DNA from: Candidatus Electronema halotolerans
Lineage (GTDB): Bacteria; Desulfobacterota; Desulfobulbia; Desulfobulbales; Desulfobulbaceae
DNA length: 32,000 nucleotides
Assembly (NCBI GenBank): GCA_942493095.1
Contig: OW818675.1
Location: 240,001 to 272,000, forward strand
Direction: 5' to 3'
Shown here: positions 8,921-16,814 of the stretch, one piece after another
Layout: each line of letters begins with the position of its first letter
Numbering within the stretch: the first letter of the stretch is position 1
Notes under the pieces: model-generated
What the model was told of the DNA's origin: nothing
Seen by the model: only the letters and a program-made list of their open reading frames with translations
Database searches by the model: none
Position numbers and translations under genes: made by a program

Positions 8921-9831
8921 AGCTAATAAGATTGCAAGGAATCATACCTTGGGTGCATCATTATTATTGGTCGCATCCATTCTTTATTTTTCAGCAGATG
9001 ATCAACGAACGGCTAAAAAATATTGTTCAACTTGATTACGCTGGTGACAGCAGTTTTGTTCCTATTTTTGATCAATTTGATGCAGTCGAATCAGGTGCCG
9101 CAGATGTTGCCTTGGGTATTTCTTCCTATTACACGCACAGAATTCCTGAAGCAATGTGCGTCTTATATAGTCATCACTCTCCTGCTCAATTACGAACAAA
9201 TGGATTCTATGAGTATTTTCGTGAACTGCATCTGCGGAAGGGAAACGTTGTTTATCTCGCAAACACAGGTGGTGTCTGTAAAACTGCATTCCGACTTTTT
9301 TTCAATAAAAAAATAGCTGATTGTGATTCTGTCAAAGGACTCCGCGTCCGAACGCTACCGGTTTATGTTTCCTTAGTCAAAGCATTGGGCGGAATTCCTG
9401 TCAGCATTAAACCGACTGATCTTCTGGCCGCTTTGAAAAAGAACGAAATAGATGGTTATGGTTGGTCATACGGCGGCATTGCAAGTTATGGCTGGGAAAA
9501 TCTGACCAAATATGTGCTGGAGCATTCTTTTTATTCAGCTAACACCTGTTTGCTGATCAATAAAAGCAAGTGGGACTCTTTTCCTGCTGAAGTGCGGATA
9601 GAACTTGAACAGATTGGTTGTGATTTGGAACTGGAAGCAGAACGGGCAATGCGCGCATACAATAAAAATGAGGATGTTTTTCTCAAAGGATTGAATATAG
9701 ACTTTCTCTCCTTTTCTGATGAGGAGAAGCAACGTTTTATCAAAACAGCTTATGATGCAGGATGGTCAAGCCTGTCAGTTCAGGATGATGATGAGCTGAA
9801 TAAGCTGCAACTTTATTTAACAGGAGGATGA
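8917..9831 (+). CDS. DctP/TRAP-type solute-binding-protein homologue lacking a signal peptide
   Basis: DctP-like blocks seen by eye: ..AVESGAADVAL.., LKGLRVRTLP..VKALGGIPVSI...LLAALKKNEIDGYGW, and ..LLINKSKWDSFPAEVR. The N-terminus begins directly at the mature-domain equivalent, and no hydrophobic leader is present in any candidate start. My preferred start is the GTG at 8917 (GTGA overlap, preceded by GGGGAGAAG); the track ORF starts at 8899. Confidence 0.58.
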   Translation: MKLIRLQGIIPWVHHYYWSHPFFIFQQMINERLKNIVQLDYAGDSSFVPIFDQFDAVESGAADVALGISSYYTHRIPEAMCVLYSHHSPAQLRTNGFYEYFRELHLRKGNVVYLANTGGVCKTAFRLFFNKKIADCDSVKGLRVRTLPVYVSLVKALGGIPVSIKPTDLLAALKKNEIDGYGWSYGGIASYGWENLTKYVLEHSFYSANTCLLINKSKWDSFPAEVRIELEQIGCDLELEAERAMRAYNKNEDVFLKGLNIDFLSFSDEEKQRFIKTAYDAGWSSLSVQDDDELNKLQLYLTGG

Positions 9832-9833
9832 AA

Positions 9834-10565
9834 ATGAGTGACATCAAGGAATTCAAAGGCAACGAGCGTAATCAGTATCATGGCATGTCTGAATATTATG
9901 ATGAGGCAATGATGGCTGGTTACTATGACTATAAGTCAACGGCAGAATCCTTGGCTGATTTAATCAAGGACGGCGCAAAGGTTCTCGAAATAGGTGTTGG
10001 CACAGGTCTATTTTTGGACCATCTTTGTAAGTTGAGACCGAATTGCACCTATTATGGAGTTGATCATACAGATGCTATGATCAACAAGGCATTGGAAAAC
10101 GTAAATACTAATAAGTATCAAATACATCTGCTAAAACGTGATGTAATCAAGATGGAGTTCGAGAGAAAGTTCGATGTAATCTTTTCTCATGGTGGTGTGT
10201 GGGTCTTCTTGGAGGAAGTTCTCCTTAGTCATATTTTTGATGACGATAAAAATCGTCAAGGGCTAAAAAATATCAGACACCATTTGAAGAATGACGGGAA
10301 ATTCGTCATTAACATTCAGCCTAATCACTCAAACTCTGACACACCTATGGACAATGGCGTTGTGTTCAAGCAAAGAGTTCAAGAGGAAGAAAACTTTTCT
10401 TATAAGGATTATTGGTTTGAAAAGGATGGCAAAAAGCTGTCTGAGCAAAGATGCACGTATCGTCTATGGAGAAATGAGCAAATTGACAAAGTTCTGCGAG
10501 AATGCGGATTTAAAAAGACAGAAGTGACATCTGATGGCAAATTCCGTATTCTCACTCCATTATAA
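9834..10565 (+). CDS. Class I SAM-dependent methyltransferase (uncharacterised)
   Basis: Motif I VLEIGVGTGLF, then YGVDHTDAM, then FDVIFSHGG. AGGAGG at 9822-9827 is well spaced for the ATG at 9834; the alternative ATG at 9828 overlaps the upstream stop. Confidence 0.75.
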   Translation: MSDIKEFKGNERNQYHGMSEYYDEAMMAGYYDYKSTAESLADLIKDGAKVLEIGVGTGLFLDHLCKLRPNCTYYGVDHTDAMINKALENVNTNKYQIHLLKRDVIKMEFERKFDVIFSHGGVWVFLEEVLLSHIFDDDKNRQGLKNIRHHLKNDGKFVINIQPNHSNSDTPMDNGVVFKQRVQEEENFSYKDYWFEKDGKKLSEQRCTYRLWRNEQIDKVLRECGFKKTEVTSDGKFRILTPL

Positions 10566-10674
10566 TCGTCATTATTATTGAACCAGCAGTTTTTTTCAGT
10601 GAATCTAATCTCTGTTCAGGAGGAGCAGAGATTGTCGGCTGGTTGATCACTAACCATTACGGAGCATTATTCCT

Positions 10675-11838
10675 ATGTCGCGTCACCTTTTCACCTCGGA
10701 ATCTGTATCTGAAGGCCATCCTGACAAGGTGGCTGACCAGATTTCCGATGCCATCCTTGATGCCATCTTGACGCAGGACAAGCACGCCCGCGTCGGCTGC
10801 GAAAGCCTTGTCACCACCGGCTTGGCCATGATTGCCGGCGAGATCACCACCACGGCCTGGGTTGACATGCCGGACATTGTCCGCCAGACCATCAAGGAAA
10901 TCGGCTACAACTCCTCGGACATGGGCTTTGACTGGCAGTCCTGCGCAGTCATGACCACCATTGACAAGCAGTCGCCGGACATTGCCCAAGGCGTGAACGA
11001 GGGCACTGGTCTTGATTTGGATCAGGGCGCAGGCGATCAGGGCCTGATGTTCGGCTATGCCTGCGATGAAACCAGCGTCCTCATGCCTATGCCCATCACC
11101 TACGCGCACCGACTGGTGCAGCGGCAGGCTGAGGTGCGCAAAAACGGCACCCTGCCGTGGCTGCGTCCTGATGCCAAGAGTCAGGTCACGGTGGAGTATG
11201 AGGACAAGCAGCCCAAGCGCATTGAGGCTGTGGTTCTGTCCAGCCAGCACAGCCCGGATGTTTCCTATGATGACCTCAAGGAAGGCATCATGGAAGAGAT
11301 CATCAAAAAAATTCTGCCTGCTGATCTCATTGATGCCAAGACCAAGTATTTCATCAATCCGACAGGCCGCTTTGTCATTGGCGGGCCAGTAGGCGACTGC
11401 GGCGTGACTGGCCGCAAGATCATTGTTGACTCTTACGGCGGACGCGGCTCGCACGGCGGCGGAGCCTTCTCTGGCAAGGATCCGTCCAAGGTTGACCGCT
11501 CCTCTTCCTACATGGGCCGTTATGTGGCCAAGAACATTGTCGCCGCAGGCTTGGCCTCTGAGGCGGAAGTGCAGGTGGCCTATGCCATCGGTATCTCCCG
11601 ACCAGTCTCAATCCGGGTCAACACCTTTGGCACTGGCAAGGTCTCGGAGGAGCGGCTGACCGAGTTAGTCAGCCAGATATTTGACCTGCGGCCCAAGGCC
11701 ATCATCCAGCAGCTTGACCTGCTCCGGCCCATCTATCATCAGACTGCCGCCTACGGTCACTTTGGCCGCGAGCTGCCCGACTTCACTTGGGAGCGCACCG
11801 ACAAGGCCGAGGAATTGAAGGCTGCGGCAGGCATCTGA
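10675..11838 (+). CDS. metK: S-adenosylmethionine synthetase
   Basis: 387 aa with canonical [28 protein letters not shown] and TAAYGHFGR motifs. Confidence 0.97.
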   Translation: MSRHLFTSESVSEGHPDKVADQISDAILDAILTQDKHARVGCESLVTTGLAMIAGEITTTAWVDMPDIVRQTIKEIGYNSSDMGFDWQSCAVMTTIDKQSPDIAQGVNEGTGLDLDQGAGDQGLMFGYACDETSVLMPMPITYAHRLVQRQAEVRKNGTLPWLRPDAKSQVTVEYEDKQPKRIEAVVLSSQHSPDVSYDDLKEGIMEEIIKKILPADLIDAKTKYFINPTGRFVIGGPVGDCGVTGRKIIVDSYGGRGSHGGGAFSGKDPSKVDRSSSYMGRYVAKNIVAAGLASEAEVQVAYAIGISRPVSIRVNTFGTGKVSEERLTELVSQIFDLRPKAIIQQLDLLRPIYHQTAAYGHFGRELPDFTWERTDKAEELKAAAGI

Positions 11839-11847
11839 CATCTTTTC

Positions 11848-11875
11848 GTAGGGGCGATTCATGAATCGCCTCTAC
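11848..11875. repeat. REP-like 28-nt palindrome GTAGGGGCGATTCA/TGAATCGCCTCTAC
   Basis: A 14-bp arm pairs with its partner with one G-T wobble. It lies 10 nt after the metK stop and belongs to the same family as 11891-11918. Confidence 0.8.
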
Positions 11876-11890
11876 AAATATTGCAACCCT

Positions 11891-11918
11891 GTAGGGGCGA
11901 AAAATTTTTCGCCCCTAC
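11891..11918. repeat. REP-like 28-nt perfect palindrome GTAGGGGCGAAAAA/TTTTTCGCCCCTAC
   Basis: Perfect 14+14 inverted repeat. It shares the GTAGGGGCGA...TCGCCCCTAC arms with the neighbouring element. Confidence 0.85.
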
Positions 11919-11943
11919 GTTATGTTTATTCAGGAGCAAATCT

Positions 11944-13230
<1,287 letters not shown>

Positions 13231-13255
13231 TTCTGCTGATCAACTGACAAGCGGA

Positions 13256-13283
13256 CATGGGAGGCTTGCTCTTCCCATGTTTC
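13256..13283 (+). terminator. Possible intrinsic terminator after ahcY
   Basis: CATGGGA (13256-13262) pairs with TCCCATG (13273-13279) and is followed by TTT. The T-tract is short. Confidence 0.35.
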
Positions 13284-13353
13284 CGCATGCACTATGGACG
13301 GGCAGCCTGCCATGCTGCAAACAGCCGCAGTCAACCCTTACTGAGTGACAGCA

Positions 13354-13713
13354 ATGCGTCGTCTTCTGAATCTGATCAGCACTTGGTGGCTGCCCTGCAC
13401 CGCAGTCACGCTGGCAGTCATCCTTGTCCTCTCGCTCCGTCCATCATTGTCCCTGCCTGATGTGCCGGGCAAAGACAAAACCCTGCACCTGCTCGCCTAT
13501 ACCGCGCTCATCTTCCCAGCCGGCCTGCGCCATCCAAGGCTGCTTCCGGCGATTTTTCTTTTCTTCATCTTCTGCGGCGGCATGATTGAACTGATTCAGC
13601 CCTATGTGGGCCGCTCCTGCGAAGGGCTGGACTGGGCCGCCGACACCCTCGGCCTTGCCTGCGGCCTGCTGCTGACTGAGATGCTCCGCCGTCTGAATGT
13701 CTGCAACGCCTGA
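13354..13713 (+). CDS. VanZ-like family membrane protein
   Basis: Small 3-4 TM protein with KDKTLHLLAYTAL and a C-terminal ..DWAADTLG.. pattern typical of VanZ-like proteins. I prefer the ATG at 13354 over the GTG at 13345. Confidence 0.55.
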   Translation: MRRLLNLISTWWLPCTAVTLAVILVLSLRPSLSLPDVPGKDKTLHLLAYTALIFPAGLRHPRLLPAIFLFFIFCGGMIELIQPYVGRSCEGLDWAADTLGLACGLLLTEMLRRLNVCNA

Positions 13714-13820
13714 ACCGGAATTTGTTTCAGACCGCCGCACGCCTGCTGCCGTTGCCGGGCATCGAGTATCCCCCGGATAAAACGATTACCGATGAATAGT
13801 TTGCCCCATTAGCGATGAAT

Positions 13821-13968
13821 TGGCAGGGCTGTTTGTCAAGCGGCAAGGTGGAACGTATGTTCGAGAAATTCTGAAACGCAGGATCGAGTTTTGCGGGGAT
13901 GGGTGTTCGGAGAAAGGAGAGATTCAACGTGGGCAAACGATAAAGATGTTTGCCCAGCCTACGTGCTA
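13821..13968 (+). repeat. Repeat A1 (~148 bp) ending in the hairpin GGGCAAA-N11-TTTGCCC
   Basis: It shares GGCAGGGCTGTTTGTCAAG, CGGCAAGGT(G/A)GGA(A)CG, GAGATTCA(A/G)CGTGGGC and GCAAACGATAAAG..TTTGCCCAGCCTA with 14126-14257. The hairpin is at 13930-13954. Confidence 0.8.
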
Positions 13969-14121
13969 CGTGCTTTTCGCAAAAGTACTACCGTACTTTA
14001 ACCTGAACTACGGTAGTACTTTGATCCAAACTACGGTAGTACTTTTACCTGAACTACGGTCGTTGTTTTATCCAAATTACGGCAACGCGGAAACCCGGCC
14101 TACGGGCTGTTTGCCGACATA
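13961..14121. repeat. Phased tandem array, 23-bp unit (core CTACGGTAGTACTTT), about 5 clear + 2 degenerate units
   Basis: CTACGG/TTACGG recurs at 14007, 14030, 14053, 14076 and 14099, exactly 23 nt apart. Unit tails alternate between ..CCTGAA and ..TCCAAA. AAAGTACTACCGTA (13981-13994) is the exact reverse complement of TACGGTAGTACTTT (14008-14021). Confidence 0.85.
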
Positions 14122-14125
14122 AGCA

Positions 14126-14257
14126 GGGCAGGGCTGTTTGTCAAGAAGAGAGGCGGCAAGGTAGGACGCAGGTTCGGATTGTTCCGGGATAAACGGTCGG
14201 GGGAAGGGGAGATTCAGCGTGGGCGCGGGCAAACGATAAAGCTATTTGCCCAGCCTA
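14126..14257 (+). repeat. Repeat A2 (~132 bp), direct copy of A1
   Basis: Same blocks as A1, with the hairpin GGGCAAA-N11-TTTGCCC at 14226-14250. It is diverged, and A1 carries an extra ~23 nt. Confidence 0.8.
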
Positions 14258-14283
14258 TGGTGGTTTGCAAATCGACCTGATGT

Positions 14284-14559
14284 CTAGTTTCCTTTTAGCA
14301 CCTGCATAAATGGACAAAGGTTCCAGTCAAATCTTGCGTTAGATATTATGCCGGAACTATAAGTTTTCTTCACGCCACACTTCTCAATCCCTGTACAACT
14401 CTCAAGAGTCTTGCGTGTATTCGTTGCGATTATTTGTCCTATGGTATCAGCCTGCACACTTTGCGCTCTGATTATCGAATGCTTTATCTTCATAGTTTCC
14501 ATTCGGTTAGTGACAGGGCAGTGATACTCTTCTGAGGTGAATCGTATTTCTGGAGTCAT
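14284..14559 (-). CDS. Hypothetical 91-aa protein with four Cys, AT-rich orphan
   Basis: Intact ORF with an SD-like GAGAGGGGA before the ATG. I recognise no family. Its composition is clearly more AT-rich than the flanks. Confidence 0.45.
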   Translation of the reverse strand: MTPEIRFTSEEYHCPVTNRMETMKIKHSIIRAQSVQADTIGQIIATNTRKTLESCTGIEKCGVKKTYSSGIISNARFDWNLCPFMQVLKGN

Positions 14560-14589
14560 TCTTATCCCCTCTCGTTATAACTGATTACA

Positions 14590-14618
14590 ACTTAACTAAT
14601 TAACTTGATTGCTATCAA
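14590..14618 (-). promoter_or_regulatory. Candidate sigma-70 promoter for the 91-aa gene
   Basis: The minus strand reads TTGATA-17 nt-TTAAGT. The -10 matches only 3 of 6 positions, so this is weak. Confidence 0.25.
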
Positions 14619-14662
14619 GTAAAGCAAACAAATGGCGTTATCGTTTGCTCACGTGATTCCTC
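14610..14662 (-). repeat. Repeat A3: partial, inverted copy of the A1/A2 hairpin end
   Basis: The minus strand reads GAGGAATCACGTGAGCAAACGATAACG...TTTGCT, compared with GAGAGATTCAACGTGGGCAAACGATAAAG..TTTGCCC in A1. The stem is 14623-14629 / 14643-14649. It lies just downstream of the lipoprotein gene and may double as its terminator (followed by TTTACTT). Confidence 0.6.
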
Positions 14663-14685
14663 TTGCGATTCCAGCCGCAGCTCTT

Positions 14686-14928
14686 TCACTGCGGCCGACT
14701 CACACATTCATACTTCCTTCTGATATCCCTACTCTTCTTGCCGCCAGTAACCTTGATCACTTGCCCGGTATCGCAACGGCCATCGTTCTCCACATACACA
14801 ATCTGATTATAGGACAGAGAGCCGTTTGCAGGCATTGCTTGCAGCACCTTGTTCTGCCCTCCATGCTGACAGCCTGCAAGGAACAGAATGCTGGCAAGAA
14901 GCACCGCTGCATTGAGTAAAGACTTCAT
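14686..14928 (-). CDS. Small lipoprotein (80 aa), uncharacterised
   Basis: Signal peptide MKSLLNAAVLLASILFLAGC with a lipobox L-A-G-C. The mature ~60 aa has two further Cys (DGRCDTG, YECVS). SD AAAGGAAA. It starts 16 nt after the radical-SAM stop. The 182-aa track ORF is an artefactual 5-prime extension into the upstream gene. Confidence 0.7.
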   Translation of the reverse strand: MKSLLNAAVLLASILFLAGCQHGGQNKVLQAMPANGSLSYNQIVYVENDGRCDTGQVIKVTGGKKSRDIRRKYECVSRPQ

Positions 14929-14944
14929 GATGTTTCCTTTCGTG

Positions 14945-16798
14945 TCAATTGTTGTGCCAATAGAATTCAATGTTCTGAAAGGGCAGGTTGATCGCCTGAA
15001 TATGATAAAAGGCGTTCTTGCGGTGCTTGCTGTAATGATATTCCCGCAAGGCCTTGGTGGTGATGAACAGATTGTTGCGCACTCCCTCCAAATAGAACTG
15101 GGCATGACTGAGCAGCAGCCCTGAGATGTCGAGCAGGGCATAGTTGCCTTCCTGCTTGGCCGCCGCAAAGAAGGAGTTCTTGTAGAGCGAATAGTCGAAA
15201 ATATGCTCCTGCTTGCTGCGCTGCTCGTCGCCATAGACCACGGTCGTGTCGCGCAAGAGCATCAGATGCAGGTAATTGTTCACTTCGTCCTCGCAGGCCA
15301 AACGGAACGCATCCTCCCGCACACCCAGCAGCACGGTGCTCTGCTTGTCCAGCACCTCAATGTCCATTGCATTCTTGAGAATGGCTGAATGCAGGCGGTA
15401 TTCCACCCCGTTGACCCGAAGAAAGAACAGCTCGTTGCTGTACAGCGCCTGCAATGCCGCATCACGCTGGATGATTTCGGTTAAACGGTTGGCATCGGCA
15501 AACAGCTCCGGGCTGATCACCCGCTCCTTTTCCGTATAGGTCTGTTGCAGCTTCTTCAGGTTGTTATTGAGGAAAAAACGCTGGCTATATGCGGCAATCT
15601 TGTCTGCAGGCAAGGGCGGCCAGCGGTCAGGCGCATCCTGATAGAGCTGCTTTTGCAGCAGGCAGGTGTAGCTCTTCTTCAGGCCTGTCTCGTGCCGGAC
15701 AAAGGTGCAGCCAAGGTTGCAGTGCGGCAGCCACGGGCAGCGGGCGCAGTCGTCGTCCATGTCGAGCAGGTTCTCGTTGCGCTCAATCACGTTCCAGCCA
15801 TTGCTGACCACTGCTTCCACGCCGTCCGTGAAGATGTTGCCGTAGCGGTACTCTGGCGAGGACTGGCCGCGTGGACAGGAGAAGACCTCGCCGTCAAACT
15901 GGAGGAGGAAGAATTTGCCGCCGCAGTTGATTGCGGAGCAGCAGTATTCCGGGGTGAATTCCTTGAACCACTCAGTGCGGCAGGCGTGTTCCAGCGGGCT
16001 GCCGAGGAAAGCGCGTTTCACCGCCTGATAGAACTGCACCTGTTCCGTATCCGTGAGCATGGCCGCGCCCTCGTCCTGCGCGCTGAACGTGCTCCTGTTC
16101 TTGATTGAGTCAAAGCCAAACATGACATTGAAGCGGCTCATGTCCAAACCGATCTCATAATGCAGGTGCTTGATTTCGGCAATAAATTCATCTGCCGCAG
16201 CTAAGTGGGCGCGAGTGACCACGCAGGAAATCTTCTTGTTGTGCGGGTAGGCGGCCAGCAGCTTGAGGTTTTCCCTGATCCGGGCCAAGGTGCTGCGGCC
16301 CTGCTTGTCGCGGCGGAACTGCTCGTGCAGGCGCAAGGGCAAATCCACGCTGCCGCTGATCGAAACCCGATGCTTGACAAAGACTTCCCAGTGCCGCTGC
16401 ACATCAAGGAGATTGGTTTTGATATGCGGCGGACTGACCCGGAAGCCCTGCGCCTTAATCTCCTCGCCATAGGTCGCGTAATGGCGGGCGGCAATGCTGA
16501 ACAGGCCGTCAAGCAGCTTGGTCGGCAGGGTGGTGACTTCGCCGCCGTGAAAGGAGAGATTGAACGGCAGATAGCCGTGCGCTAAGAGCTGTTCCAAGGC
16601 GGTGTTGAGGGTGCCGAGCACTTTGTCCGGCTCCGGCCTGGCAGCGGTCAAGTCGCCCAAGTAGCAGTAGCGGCAGCTCATGTTGCAGAACTTGGTCGGC
16701 ACATAGAGCAGATGGATGGCTTTCTTGAACGGCATTGCAGGCTGATCCGCCTGTGCTTGCTCTGCGTTGTGAACTGCGGCGTGTTTTGTGACTGTCAT
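14945..16798 (-). CDS. Radical SAM / SPASM-domain enzyme (anSME/peptide-maturase-like) with a ~210-aa C-terminal extension of unknown function
   Basis: It has the CNMSCRYC (CxxxCxxC) cluster near the N-terminus and a GGE-like FHGGEVT. The SPASM-type Cys pattern is YCCSAINCGG...FSCPRG...CARCPWLPHCNLGC. Residues ~400-617 have no Cys motifs and match nothing I recognise. The start is ambiguous (TTG 16804, ATG 16798 or ATG 16735), and none has a good SD. Confidence 0.85.
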   Translation of the reverse strand: MTVTKHAAVHNAEQAQADQPAMPFKKAIHLLYVPTKFCNMSCRYCYLGDLTAARPEPDKVLGTLNTALEQLLAHGYLPFNLSFHGGEVTTLPTKLLDGLFSIAARHYATYGEEIKAQGFRVSPPHIKTNLLDVQRHWEVFVKHRVSISGSVDLPLRLHEQFRRDKQGRSTLARIRENLKLLAAYPHNKKISCVVTRAHLAAADEFIAEIKHLHYEIGLDMSRFNVMFGFDSIKNRSTFSAQDEGAAMLTDTEQVQFYQAVKRAFLGSPLEHACRTEWFKEFTPEYCCSAINCGGKFFLLQFDGEVFSCPRGQSSPEYRYGNIFTDGVEAVVSNGWNVIERNENLLDMDDDCARCPWLPHCNLGCTFVRHETGLKKSYTCLLQKQLYQDAPDRWPPLPADKIAAYSQRFFLNNNLKKLQQTYTEKERVISPELFADANRLTEIIQRDAALQALYSNELFFLRVNGVEYRLHSAILKNAMDIEVLDKQSTVLLGVREDAFRLACEDEVNNYLHLMLLRDTTVVYGDEQRSKQEHIFDYSLYKNSFFAAAKQEGNYALLDISGLLLSHAQFYLEGVRNNLFITTKALREYHYSKHRKNAFYHIQAINLPFQNIEFYWHNN

Positions 16799-16814
16799 CT
16801 GCAAGGGCGAGGTT

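Noticed and set aside
10566-10674. SAM, SAM-SAH or SAH riboswitch in the metK leader, prompted by the hairpin AATCTCTG-N11-CAGAGATT at 10607-10633 with AGGAGG in its loop.
   Set aside because: I could not match any riboswitch consensus I know. The hairpin does not sequester the actual metK SD (GGAG at 10661-10664). An Infernal scan is needed to be sure.
13961-14121. CRISPR array or oriC-type DnaA-box cluster as explanations for the 23-bp repeats.
   Set aside because: A 23-bp period leaves no room for spacers, and there are no cas genes. TTATCCAAA and GATCCAAA resemble DnaA boxes only loosely. No dnaA/dnaN context or AT-rich unwinding element is evident.
13820-14122. 100-aa ORF (and 13727-13936 on the minus strand) inside the repeat-rich gap.
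   Set aside because: They are assembled from repeat A1 and the 23-bp array, so their periodic peptide simply reflects DNA repeats. Neither has an SD.
14686-15234. 182-aa ORF overlapping the end of the radical-SAM gene.
   Set aside because: Only the last 80 codons, from the ATG at 14928, make a coherent lipoprotein with an SD. The upstream 102 codons are an out-of-frame read-through of the radical-SAM coding region.
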